From Methanobacteriota archaeon (lineage in GTDB: Archaea > Thermoplasmatota > Poseidoniia > Poseidoniales > Poseidoniaceae): a DNA stretch of 64,000 nt. The notes beneath the pieces were generated by a model. The model was not told the origin of the DNA. It searched no databases and was given only the letters and a program-made list of their open reading frames with translations. Positions 48,536 to 58,581 of this stretch are shown here, piece by piece (the stretch's first letter is position 1; every line of letters begins with the position of its first letter). Location of the stretch: NCBI GenBank assembly GCA_018659375.1, contig JABJMO010000009.1, positions 36,320 to 100,319 of the forward strand. Reading direction: 5' to 3'. The position numbers were made by a program, and so were the translations under genes.

Positions 48536-49315
48536 ATGGCAAACCAATTGTTGTTATTTCAGTTAGCCAGTGTTTCCGCTTTAATTGGCATGACGCTTGG
48601 CTGGAGGGGAGTAATGACGCGATACTCTGGTTTCTATGATCTGCCAACTGCTTGGAGCAATGTGTTCTGGGGCATTCTTCTAGGTGGCCTTTACGCATCA
48701 CAGATACATAATAACATTATTCTGCCAAATCTTGAATTTGAAGCAACACAAGATACTGTAGTTAATCCAATTAATTTGATTTTGTACTGCTTAATAATGT
48801 CAATCATTGTTCATTTTTTACTGAGAAGAACTCGTGTCCGTTCAGGCTCATCACAAACGACCAGCGGATGGGCTCTAGGACTTGCTATCGGGGGAATGTT
48901 TGCCATGGTAGTCATATTTGCCATATTGCAGTGGTATGATTTCAGTCCGATATTAGTTATTTCTATTCTATTGATTTGTCTGCTAGCACCAAGGAGTGAA
49001 GCAATAATTACCTCATATCAAGGACATTTAATGTTAGTAGGCAAAAAGTGGGGCGCGATACTACGTGCAACTATGTGGCGTTCTGGATATGTGGTAATGT
49101 TCGCTTATGTTTTATCTGCCCCGATTGGATGGATATTTATCCTACCAGTTATGTTGATTGCTGATAGAGCGTCAGAAAACTGGATATGGGATTCAATACC
49201 AAAGGAAGGGAAAAAACAACTGCGGAAAATTTGGGCCAGACAAGCTAGAGAACGTAAATTGACCAAGATGGGTCGGAATATGAAAAACAATTTTCAAGCT
49301 AACGAAAGTGAATGA
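48536..49315 (+). CDS. Hypothetical polytopic membrane protein
   Basis: Six to seven hydrophobic segments, basic C-terminal tail; divergent from the ArsA/Get3 gene. Confidence 0.75.
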   Translation: MANQLLLFQLASVSALIGMTLGWRGVMTRYSGFYDLPTAWSNVFWGILLGGLYASQIHNNIILPNLEFEATQDTVVNPINLILYCLIMSIIVHFLLRRTRVRSGSSQTTSGWALGLAIGGMFAMVVIFAILQWYDFSPILVISILLICLLAPRSEAIITSYQGHLMLVGKKWGAILRATMWRSGYVVMFAYVLSAPIGWIFILPVMLIADRASENWIWDSIPKEGKKQLRKIWARQARERKLTKMGRNMKNNFQANESE

Positions 49316-49410
49316 CTACTTACTTAGTACTCTTGTCCTATGTTACGGCCATATTTGATTTTCATCCAAAATAAGGTCTTTGGTGGATATCCGCAGGCAA
49401 GCGTTATACA

Positions 49411-50991
49411 ATGCCGTCAAAGCCGGGTATCATGGGTAACTGCCCTTATTGTAGGAGTGCCACCTTACCGGGTGACACAATTTGTTATACCTGTGGCAGA
49501 GTGCTAGCCAACATAAAATCAAAACAATTTGCTGCGGAGCAACAATTCAATCAAGGTAGCATAGAGACTACTTACAAGAAAACCAAAAAACCATCAAAAT
49601 CAGGTGTTGTTGAAACCCACACAGGTCGCAGAAGGAATATTCTAAAACGAAGGAAAAATAAATTTCGCAGCGTCGTCATGTTAGGACTTGTTGCGTTCAT
49701 CATGTTATCACCCCAAGCAAGAGAACTCGTGTTCAATAAATGGGCTGGAATAAACGAATATATTCAACTTGCAGTCGCCCCATATCACTTGTATCCTGTA
49801 GACGCAACCTACACAGTTGGTAAAACAATTGATGTAGTAAATAACGGAGATACAGGATACCTAAGAGAAAATCTGGCAATCCCTCGAGATGTTTCAACTC
49901 TAAATGGTCATGAAAATATGTTTGAGTATACCAACGGTGATTCTGCTGTTGCTACTCAACAAATTCAGAAAATAAATTCCATAGCACTGATTGTCAATGG
50001 TATATCCTATGCAGTACCGTTACTTGGTGAACCTGCTAGGGACCCAAATGATAAGTTAATCACCTCAGATGGTCACGAAATTTGGTGGCCAGGTGTAGGT
50101 ATTGGCGATGATATGTGCAGCGTAGATATATGTGTTAAAATAAAATTAAATCTTGACCCTGGAGAGCAAGCATCCTTTACATTTGCCGTAACCCTAACCA
50201 GCACTTCTTATTCGTGGTGGTCTTCCTCTAGAGTAGATTCTAGAGTGGATGGGATTTCAAATGGGATTAACGTTGATCGAAGCGGTTCGTTTTCAGACAT
50301 TGTTGACCGCGGAGATGGAACCAAGGCGGCACAATTTACCACTGCTTCATGGTACAACAAAGGTAGACTAGATTACGCAATTAATGCACAAGATGCAGTG
50401 GTAGTTTCAACCGCAGAAACAATATCTGCTTCATTGCCCGAAGGGCGTTCAACAAATGCATACGCATTTGCTAGGGCTACCTTTGATTATTTACAATTGA
50501 ATGTTTTGTATGACAAGAATGCTCCAGTAGTTGCCAGAAGCGGTCCTGCTTGCTTAAGCGCTGGTGTGGGCGATTGTGATGAACAAACTAATGCTTTCTT
50601 TTCCTTACTTAGGACAAAAATGATTCCTGGTTGGTATGTCTTTGGAGCCTTGACTGATTCCACATTTACTTACTGGGAAGCCCATGCATGGGGCTACATT
50701 TTGCTGCCAATGGATGATGAATGGTGTGAAGCAAGAAATATTGTTATTGATGACTGTTATGTTGAAGGATCTGTTGATGTTGTAAATAATAAATGGCTAC
50801 TTCACACACCAACTGCATATATCGATTGGATTGAGATTGCTGATGCAAGTGGAAATTTAATTAACTCTTATTATAAGCCGGGAGTTTATAGTAATAATAT
50901 CGATAGACAGCGCTCATTTAGCACATTGGATACGCCAGATACAAATGGTGGAACATACCAAGTAAAGAAACTCCCAGAAAATTTGAGGTGA
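49411..50991 (+). CDS. Membrane-anchored transglutaminase-like protein with N-terminal zinc ribbon
   Basis: CPYC...CYTC, basic patch, TM, then GDCDEQ (Cys), HAW (His), SVD (Asp) triad pattern. Confidence 0.8.
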   Translation: MPSKPGIMGNCPYCRSATLPGDTICYTCGRVLANIKSKQFAAEQQFNQGSIETTYKKTKKPSKSGVVETHTGRRRNILKRRKNKFRSVVMLGLVAFIMLSPQARELVFNKWAGINEYIQLAVAPYHLYPVDATYTVGKTIDVVNNGDTGYLRENLAIPRDVSTLNGHENMFEYTNGDSAVATQQIQKINSIALIVNGISYAVPLLGEPARDPNDKLITSDGHEIWWPGVGIGDDMCSVDICVKIKLNLDPGEQASFTFAVTLTSTSYSWWSSSRVDSRVDGISNGINVDRSGSFSDIVDRGDGTKAAQFTTASWYNKGRLDYAINAQDAVVVSTAETISASLPEGRSTNAYAFARATFDYLQLNVLYDKNAPVVARSGPACLSAGVGDCDEQTNAFFSLLRTKMIPGWYVFGALTDSTFTYWEAHAWGYILLPMDDEWCEARNIVIDDCYVEGSVDVVNNKWLLHTPTAYIDWIEIADASGNLINSYYKPGVYSNNIDRQRSFSTLDTPDTNGGTYQVKKLPENLR

Positions 50992-50995
50992 TGGA

Positions 50996-52414
50996 TTGCG
51001 AATAATAATTGGTGGTGCAGGAAGGGTTGGAACAGAACTTGCCAGAGCACTAAGAGCCGAAGAAATGGACGTTGTGTTAGTTGATTCAGACTCAAGGGCG
51101 GTCAAGAATGCTCAAAATCTGGATGTACTAGTTATTCATGGAGATTTAACAACTAGGGAGAAATTACATGAAGCTGGAATCGGCGAGGCTGAAATATTTG
51201 TAGCAGCAACTAATTCTGATGAAAGAAATTTACTTGCGTGTGCACTTGCTGAACATGCACACTACCAATATGGTGGAGCCAAAGCAAAGCCATTATTGTC
51301 TATATCAAGAGTTAGAAGCATGAATTTTATGCAAGAACAAAAGCAAGGGCACCTTACTGGATGGGCTAAAGTAAACCATGTAGTCAATCCCCTTGAAAGT
51401 GCAATAAAACGCCTGCATACTGGTTTGCGGTCTTCATCGATAGAAGAGGTAATACCATTCGGCCATGATTCTTATATCATTGAGTTTGATGTAACTAAAA
51501 ATGCCGAAAATATCGTGTTCAAAACGCTAAAAGAAGCCAATTCTAGCATCGATGGAGAGTTGCCTCTAATTGTAGGAGTCAAACGAAGTGGTGAGAAAAG
51601 TGTGGTACCTGATGGTGATTTTATTCTAATGCCCAATGATAAAATTGCCGTAGCAACTAATGGCTTGTCTAGTTTCAATCGAATATTGAACATTTTTGGC
51701 CACGAGGCAACAGATTTCCCTATCGCTCCAAAGGTAGCCATTATCGGTGCAAATAGAATTGGTCAAATGATCGCTGAAAATTGGTTGCTCAATGATGCTA
51801 AAGTGACGGTTATTGAAAGGGACTTGCAAACTGCAAACGAGTTATCAGCAACCGATATTGGATCTCATCCCAACTTAGAAGTAATTCATGGTGATCACTT
51901 AGATCGAGACATTCTAACCGAGGTAGGAATACCAGAACATCATATCGCTATTGCTGCTTTAGAGTCCGACCATGACAGTATCGCAGCGGCATTACTTGCT
52001 AGTGACATGGGTGTTAATCGAACTGGGTTGTTGCTTTATGATGCTGATTTGGTCAAAGTTACTCAAAGAATGGGAATTACCTTTGCAGTTGACAGAAAGA
52101 GGGTAGCTGTAGACAATATCCTAGCCCACATACACACCAAGGCTGCTGGTGCTTATGCTGTTTTGTCAAATGTGCCAAACATTGTTGGAATAAGTATGAA
52201 AGTCGATGTGAAGCATAAATTTTCAAACATGCGAATATCAGAGGCGGGTTTTACTGATTGGATGAGAATCGCATTTATTCAACGAAGAACTGTAGACGGT
52301 AATTGGGAAAATTTACGACCTGCACCAGATAAAGTACTGCTACCAGAGGATAATCTGATAATTTTCACCAGACCTGACAGAGTAGCAGAACTTGAAAAGA
52401 AATTCCAGGTGTAA
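50996..52414 (+). CDS. trkA: Trk K+ uptake regulatory subunit (two RCK units)
   Basis: IIGGAGRVG, second IIGANRIG Rossmann motif, TNSDERN; TTG start with GAGGTGA SD. Confidence 0.92.
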   Translation: MRIIIGGAGRVGTELARALRAEEMDVVLVDSDSRAVKNAQNLDVLVIHGDLTTREKLHEAGIGEAEIFVAATNSDERNLLACALAEHAHYQYGGAKAKPLLSISRVRSMNFMQEQKQGHLTGWAKVNHVVNPLESAIKRLHTGLRSSSIEEVIPFGHDSYIIEFDVTKNAENIVFKTLKEANSSIDGELPLIVGVKRSGEKSVVPDGDFILMPNDKIAVATNGLSSFNRILNIFGHEATDFPIAPKVAIIGANRIGQMIAENWLLNDAKVTVIERDLQTANELSATDIGSHPNLEVIHGDHLDRDILTEVGIPEHHIAIAALESDHDSIAAALLASDMGVNRTGLLLYDADLVKVTQRMGITFAVDRKRVAVDNILAHIHTKAAGAYAVLSNVPNIVGISMKVDVKHKFSNMRISEAGFTDWMRIAFIQRRTVDGNWENLRPAPDKVLLPEDNLIIFTRPDRVAELEKKFQV

Positions 52415-52416
52415 AC

Positions 52417-54030
52417 ATGCGTTTCGATGTATTGAGCCTAATTCTTGGCTGGACACTAATTGTGATAAGCATACCACTAGTGATTTGTGGGATTATTACA
52501 GTTTGGTTAGATGACCTGGAGATGGCATTAAGGGCATTTTTAATTCCATTGATACTATCACCTTTGATTGGATTTTTGATGCTTAAGTTCGGCACAAGAA
52601 GTGATACCGCAGAACGATTAAGAGACAGAGAGGCGTTTGCTGCAGTTGCGTTAATTTATCCGATTGTCGTGTTCATTGGTTTGTTTCCTTACTGGCTAGG
52701 CGGAGTATTTGTGGGGCCATTTGCGGCTGATGCTGCTCTAATTGATATGGTAAGAGGAGCGGTCAACTCATGGTTTGAGTCAATGTCTGGATTTACCACC
52801 ACTGGCGCTACAGTTATTTCTCATGATATGAGTCCAAACTGTATCCCTGAGCAAACTGCTGATTGTATCAATGCGCAACCAAGAGGAATCCTGCTGTGGC
52901 GGTCGTTAACCCAATGGCTAGGTGGCATGGGGATAATTATGCTAGGAATGATGATTCTTTCACGAGTAATGGGTGGAGGAATGGCTCTGGCTCGAGCTGA
53001 ATTAACTGGCCCTTCCCTATCGCGTTTGAGACCTAAAGTTAAAGAAACTGCGTTCACATTGTGGAAAATATACATTGGTTTTACTTTCATCGAAATATTT
53101 CTACTTGGCACTTTTGGTGGGATGTCATTATTTGATTCGGTCAATCATGGCTTTACAACTATGGCAACTGGAGGATTTTCAACTAGAGATGCCAGCATTG
53201 GATATTACGATTCTTTAGCTGTTGAAGCGATAATAATAACATTCATGTTTATTGGAGGCGTCAACTTCACGTTAATTTGGTTTTTACTGGCCAGAGAGTA
53301 CGTCAAAGCATTCAAAGATGAAGAATTTAAAACATACTTAGTGTATTTATTTGTAGCCGTTTCTGTCATGATGGTTGCACTAGTAACGACAAACGTCAAT
53401 CTAGGAGATTCATTCCGGCAGAGTTTATTCCAGACCATATCAATTGGGACATCTACCGGTTATACAACACAAGATTACATGGCTTGGCCAGCGGTAACAC
53501 AATTCATTTTGATGATCTTAATGATTGTTGGTGCTTGTGCAGGTTCCATTAGTGGTGGATTAAAATTAATGAGAATCATACTAGCATTCAAGGTGGCTAT
53601 GAGAGAATTAGTAAGAATTGCACAGCCAAGGAAAATTAAACAAATCCGGATGAATGGTGGAGTTGTTGAACCTCAACAAATTGACAAGATTGTTGGAATG
53701 TTGTTTGTTTGGATTGGTTTGTTTGGTATTTCCAGTATTTTACTTTCAATTCTAATGTATGATGAAACATTTGAAAGCATCATTGGAATTACAGCATCTT
53801 CACTTGGAAATACAGGTACTGCATTAGGTGATTATGGACCCAGTAGCACATGGTCACCGTTAAACTCCGGTGTACTAATTTTAACTTCTATTTTGATGTG
53901 GTTTGGCAGATTAGAATTATTGACGGTAATTATATTACTTCATCCAAAAACCTGGCAGGATGAGCATAAGGAACATAATGACAGATCTGCGATGGCATTA
54001 TTTCGCAAGTTAATACCTGGACGAAAATGA
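52417..54030 (+). CDS. trkH: Trk K+ uptake membrane subunit
   Basis: Four pore loops FTTTGAT, ATGGFS, STGYT, LGNTG; GRLE. Confidence 0.95.
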   Translation: MRFDVLSLILGWTLIVISIPLVICGIITVWLDDLEMALRAFLIPLILSPLIGFLMLKFGTRSDTAERLRDREAFAAVALIYPIVVFIGLFPYWLGGVFVGPFAADAALIDMVRGAVNSWFESMSGFTTTGATVISHDMSPNCIPEQTADCINAQPRGILLWRSLTQWLGGMGIIMLGMMILSRVMGGGMALARAELTGPSLSRLRPKVKETAFTLWKIYIGFTFIEIFLLGTFGGMSLFDSVNHGFTTMATGGFSTRDASIGYYDSLAVEAIIITFMFIGGVNFTLIWFLLAREYVKAFKDEEFKTYLVYLFVAVSVMMVALVTTNVNLGDSFRQSLFQTISIGTSTGYTTQDYMAWPAVTQFILMILMIVGACAGSISGGLKLMRIILAFKVAMRELVRIAQPRKIKQIRMNGGVVEPQQIDKIVGMLFVWIGLFGISSILLSILMYDETFESIIGITASSLGNTGTALGDYGPSSTWSPLNSGVLILTSILMWFGRLELLTVIILLHPKTWQDEHKEHNDRSAMALFRKLIPGRK

Positions 54031-54034
54031 TCAG

Positions 54035-55558
54035 TTAAAATAGTGTTCTTTGCCCTTGGTTGGCTTTTTCTTCGGTCACTTTTTCTATCAATTGACTTTC
54101 GGATTCTTCATCATTTACGATAATTGGGGAAGTTATAGTACGTTCAGATTCTATTAGATTATATCGTGCAACTAATTCTTTAGTCGACTTTCTTGATTTT
54201 GTTAAGCCACACAAAGCCGCATGCTCATCACCTGTCAATCCTAGACTCATAGAAATTGAAAAATCTTCAATATTTCCAAGAGATGATGTTTCAGAATGAA
54301 GGGTTGATAGTATAGGTAGTAATTCATCTCTTACAGTTGATTTACTGGCGCCAGAGATTTCAGCCAACCTGTTGACTACTGTGGTTCGAGTTGTCAACCC
54401 AGACCGACGTAAGAAATTTGGATAACCAGGGTATAGTTTACCTTGATTGGTTTGTTGATTTACCACGGAAGCAGCCAAACCGGAAATTTGAGAACTCCAA
54501 TACCAAGAACGATGTGCGGTGTTTTCATACATAGCCATGAGCATTTTCGAAGAAGTACATAGAGCTTTATTGCCTCGATTTATCGCAGCCTTGTTGGTGA
54601 AAATCGATGGATTATTCCAATGTATCCAGTTTAGCAGATCTGAAGGGGATTTGTCAATTGAAACACCTAATTTTATGGCATCTATTGCTTGATTAGTTTT
54701 GTAGAGTTGTGCAAGACCAGGAAATACTTCAATGGAGACATCCCGTTCGCCAGAATTGATGAAATTACTAACTGAATCTTCATCGATAGATTTGGTGTTT
54801 GAAGAACATATTACTTGTAAATCTCTTACCAAGGCTCTTAAATCTCCTGGATTATTATTCACAATCAATTCGATTGCTTCAATATTATATGAGACACCCT
54901 CTGATTTCAGCACACGCCGAGCAATATTGCGTAAGGCCTCCTTACTGGCTCGTTCGAAATTAATTGTCACTAATAGTCTTTGAAAACGTTCCCTTGTAGA
55001 GCGCCAATTCGAAGATTTACCCCACAGCCCCATTACTTCATTACAAGCAAGAATTACGGGTTGTTTGGTATTTTTCAATAAATTCAATAACTCCGCTTTT
55101 CCACCTGTATCACCAGATAAATTATGATTTTCTGTAGACTCGGAATTGAAGGTTATGGCTTTATTTATCCTATTTTCACTAACTGCTCTCAAACCACCAG
55201 AAAGATGGTCAACCTCATCTATTAGAATCAAAGTCCTTTTCGGTTCTTCATTAGGATCGTAGAACAAAGAACGATGGGTAGCACCCTTTGTAGCCGCCTT
55301 TCTAATCGAAGCGGCATTACGAGCGTCTGATGCATTGAGTTCAATGACATTCCACCCCATATCTTGAGCAATTGCCCTCGCGACTGAGGTTTTCCCAACA
55401 CCTGGAGGGCCAACTAACAATATCGCTTTATTTTTGGGAGAACCATTTTTCCAATCATCTAACCATTTTCTAATTTTTTGTCTTTGTGACTCATTACCTT
55501 CTAAGTGACTTTCGGAAGAAGGTCTGTGCCTCTCTGTCCAATCACTTATTTTTGCCAT
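54035..55558 (-). CDS. rfcL: Replication factor C large subunit
   Basis: WTERHRP, GPPGVGKT, IELNASDAR, IDEVD, GDLR, C-terminal PIP box QRTLF. Confidence 0.92.
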   Translation of the reverse strand: MAKISDWTERHRPSSESHLEGNESQRQKIRKWLDDWKNGSPKNKAILLVGPPGVGKTSVARAIAQDMGWNVIELNASDARNAASIRKAATKGATHRSLFYDPNEEPKRTLILIDEVDHLSGGLRAVSENRINKAITFNSESTENHNLSGDTGGKAELLNLLKNTKQPVILACNEVMGLWGKSSNWRSTRERFQRLLVTINFERASKEALRNIARRVLKSEGVSYNIEAIELIVNNNPGDLRALVRDLQVICSSNTKSIDEDSVSNFINSGERDVSIEVFPGLAQLYKTNQAIDAIKLGVSIDKSPSDLLNWIHWNNPSIFTNKAAINRGNKALCTSSKMLMAMYENTAHRSWYWSSQISGLAASVVNQQTNQGKLYPGYPNFLRRSGLTTRTTVVNRLAEISGASKSTVRDELLPILSTLHSETSSLGNIEDFSISMSLGLTGDEHAALCGLTKSRKSTKELVARYNLIESERTITSPIIVNDEESESQLIEKVTEEKANQGQRTLF

Positions 55559-55623
55559 GTAGCGTGCATTAGTTGAAGGTTATTCAATATTGATGAATAA
55601 CTTGCTGAGAAATATTTATTTTA

Positions 55624-57291
55624 TCACAATTCATCAATGTGCACTCTAGTTTGTGTCCCTGTGTTGCGTTCTCTTACAGTTACTGTATTGTCTTCTAAGG
55701 ATTGATGGTCGATGGTAACACATATTGGTACACCAATTTCATCGGCTCTTGCATATCTTCGACCAATCGAACCACTAGAATCATAACTAGAAACTATTCC
55801 ACGCTTACTGTTAAATTTGTGATTTACCGTTTTAGCAAGTTCACCCATTCCATCTTTTTCAAATAATGGAAATACACAATAATCGATAGGAACTACATTT
55901 GGACTCAATTTCATCATCGTGTAACTGTCCTCTTGTTTTGTCGTTTCGGTATATGCGTGGTCAAGAACATGCCATATAATGCGGTCAATTCCAAATGCTG
56001 GTTCAACTACGTGAGGAATAAACCATTCACCGGTTAAAGTTTCAGTTTTTTGTAAACGCTTAACATGAGTTGATTCAACAGAAACTATTTGTTCATCAAT
56101 ATTTAGAGAAATTGGGAAATCTGTTGCTAATGGTAATTGTTCTACTGCCGTTTTTACTTTTCCTGCAAGTGATCTAAAGGCTGGCCCAGCAATGGAACCA
56201 TCAATAGTCCAACCATCGATTACAATTTCTTGAGGTATGGTAAATTCTCGACGGGCTCTCAGAGTTTTACCGGTGTATTTTTCATGTGATTCAAGGTCAT
56301 AACAACCACGGTGAGCAATCCCTACGCACTCAATCCAGCCATACGAACCCTCAATTTCAGCGTCCCAGCAGTCTGTGGCATAATGAGCCATCTCTTTCGA
56401 CTCATGTTGTCTAAATCTTATCTTATCAGCATTAATTCCAACAGCGACCAAGAAATCATGGGTCATTGCCATGAAATAGCCAACCGTAGGATGCCTAACT
56501 ATTCCTTTGGAAACAGCTTCTCTGATTGTCATTTTAATTCGCCCGTTATCTTCGCTTAGCAATTCAAAACTAAGTTTATCCCACTGGCCAAAATCATGTG
56601 TTATATCGGTTTCAGGATCGATGAAATATTCTAATTCAGCCATATTAAATTCTCTCAGACGTATCATTCCTTGTCGTGGAGAAATCTCATTCCTGTAGCC
56701 TTTACCAACTTGTACTGCTCCAAAAGGTAGTTTCTCCCTAAAATGTCTATACAAACTAGTGAAAGATGTGAACATACCTTGGGCTGTTTCTGGTCGCAAG
56801 AATCCTGGTCGACCTGAATTCCCTGCTCCAATTGTTGTATTGAACATCAAATTTTGTGCGACTACTTTACTCCATTCGCTAGTAGAGCAACTTGGGCATG
56901 GTGGCTGGATTTTTTCCAATAATGTATCCAGTTCATTAGAACTCAAAGAATCGGGGTTAGGATGGTCTTGTTCTAACAATGTGTCAGCCCTGCTCACCTC
57001 TTGACAAGAAAGGCATGTAGTCATGAAATCAGAGAATTCCCCTACGTGTCCGCTTGCTTCCAATACCTCGTATGGAGTGATTGTTGGAGATGATATTTCC
57101 ACTATGTTACCCAAAGATGTCCAATGTTCTAACCATAGTTGATTGACTCGATTTTTTAATCTTCCACCATTTGGACCAAAGTCGTAAAGACCCTTTGCTC
57201 CACCATGAATCTCGAAAGCCGGTAGAATAAATCCTCTTCTCTTAAGCATGCCAGACATCCGTTCCAGTCTGCTATTAACTTCATTAGACAT
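55624..57291 (-). CDS. glyS: Glycyl-tRNA synthetase (alpha2 type)
   Basis: LRPETAQG, RNEISPR, RLREF, HYATDCWD, EPAFGIDR, SIGRRYARADEIG; start moved to MSNEV. Confidence 0.96.
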   Translation of the reverse strand: MSNEVNSRLERMSGMLKRRGFILPAFEIHGGAKGLYDFGPNGGRLKNRVNQLWLEHWTSLGNIVEISSPTITPYEVLEASGHVGEFSDFMTTCLSCQEVSRADTLLEQDHPNPDSLSSNELDTLLEKIQPPCPSCSTSEWSKVVAQNLMFNTTIGAGNSGRPGFLRPETAQGMFTSFTSLYRHFREKLPFGAVQVGKGYRNEISPRQGMIRLREFNMAELEYFIDPETDITHDFGQWDKLSFELLSEDNGRIKMTIREAVSKGIVRHPTVGYFMAMTHDFLVAVGINADKIRFRQHESKEMAHYATDCWDAEIEGSYGWIECVGIAHRGCYDLESHEKYTGKTLRARREFTIPQEIVIDGWTIDGSIAGPAFRSLAGKVKTAVEQLPLATDFPISLNIDEQIVSVESTHVKRLQKTETLTGEWFIPHVVEPAFGIDRIIWHVLDHAYTETTKQEDSYTMMKLSPNVVPIDYCVFPLFEKDGMGELAKTVNHKFNSKRGIVSSYDSSGSIGRRYARADEIGVPICVTIDHQSLEDNTVTVRERNTGTQTRVHIDEL

Positions 57292-57400
57292 GTTCAACCC
57301 CAACCACTCGTAGAGAGTCATACCTTTGAAATTGACCGTTGTTTAACCAAGAATATGTACCAATACGCATGGTTAAGAATACCAAGGCGCACGCCATAAC

Positions 57401-58501
57401 ATGGGACAAAGTTATGATTATGATGTAATCGTAATTGGAGGAGGTCCTGCAGGTAGTACCGTAGCACGATATGCTGCAAAAGCAGGAATACGTGTATTAG
57501 TTTTAGATGCCCGTAGTTCAATTGGCACCCCACTTCAATGCGGTGAATTAGTTCCGACCAACGATGAAATGCGTAGATTATGCCCAGATGTTCCCGATAT
57601 GGATGATTTATTCCAGACTCCAGAAAACGCAATATCTCGTAGATGTGACACCATGAATATTATCACACCATCAGGGAAATCATTGTCCTATAATTTTGAA
57701 GGTCTTATTCTAAACCGAGTAGCACATGATGAACAATTAGTGTTAATGGCAAAACAAGCAGGGGCTAAATATTTAGTAAATTCATATGTCAAAGAGATTG
57801 ATGAAAATACTGTAACTTTAAGAAATGGAGATTCTATCACGGCAAAGGTAATTGTTGGAGCAGGAGGTCATAAGGATCCTGTTAGGAGAAAGTTTTGGTC
57901 GGAAAAATCAATAAATATACCTGTCAAATTCCAGTTGAAAGATGGCGATTATGGCGATGCTGTTGAGTTACATTTCGGCTCAATGGCACCTGGCGGATAT
58001 GCTTGGATGTTCCCCAAATCCTCTGGCGCGAACATTGGCATAGGGATTCAAAAGAGTTTTGCTAAAGGCGTTCCATTCAACAAATATGCTGCTGATTTTA
58101 TTGACCAGTACGATGGTGAAACTACATTCAAAGGTGCTGGCGCCCTACCAATGTCTGGAACTATCAAAACATTTGTCAAAGGCAATTACCTCTTGGTTGG
58201 AGATTCGGCTGGAATGGTACTACCCTCCAACGGTGCAGGAATCACCATTGCCATGATCGGTGGAAGAATCGCTGGCCAGGTAATAGCCGATCACATTACT
58301 AACGATGTCGAGTTAACTAATTATGAAAAAATTTGGAAAAAACAAATGGGTAAAGTCATGAAAAATTCAAAACGTTCTTTCAAGATTGGTAGTATAATGT
58401 TTAGGATGCCTGACAAATTACTAGATTTATTCTTTAACAGATTGACCAAAGCTATTGTATGGCGAGCAGTGACCTGTCGCAGAATGTTTTTCATCTTTTA
58501 A
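57401..58501 (+). CDS. Geranylgeranyl reductase family flavoprotein
   Basis: GGGPAGS, CGE, PGGYAWMFP, VGDSAG...NGAGI. Confidence 0.88.
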   Translation: MGQSYDYDVIVIGGGPAGSTVARYAAKAGIRVLVLDARSSIGTPLQCGELVPTNDEMRRLCPDVPDMDDLFQTPENAISRRCDTMNIITPSGKSLSYNFEGLILNRVAHDEQLVLMAKQAGAKYLVNSYVKEIDENTVTLRNGDSITAKVIVGAGGHKDPVRRKFWSEKSINIPVKFQLKDGDYGDAVELHFGSMAPGGYAWMFPKSSGANIGIGIQKSFAKGVPFNKYAADFIDQYDGETTFKGAGALPMSGTIKTFVKGNYLLVGDSAGMVLPSNGAGITIAMIGGRIAGQVIADHITNDVELTNYEKIWKKQMGKVMKNSKRSFKIGSIMFRMPDKLLDLFFNRLTKAIVWRAVTCRRMFFIF

Positions 58502-58581
58502 TCCACGACAAGGATTGGTCATGCTGCCGCATGCAATTTGATAATTAAAGGCGAAGTTTTCAAGTAGTTGTTGCATTCACT

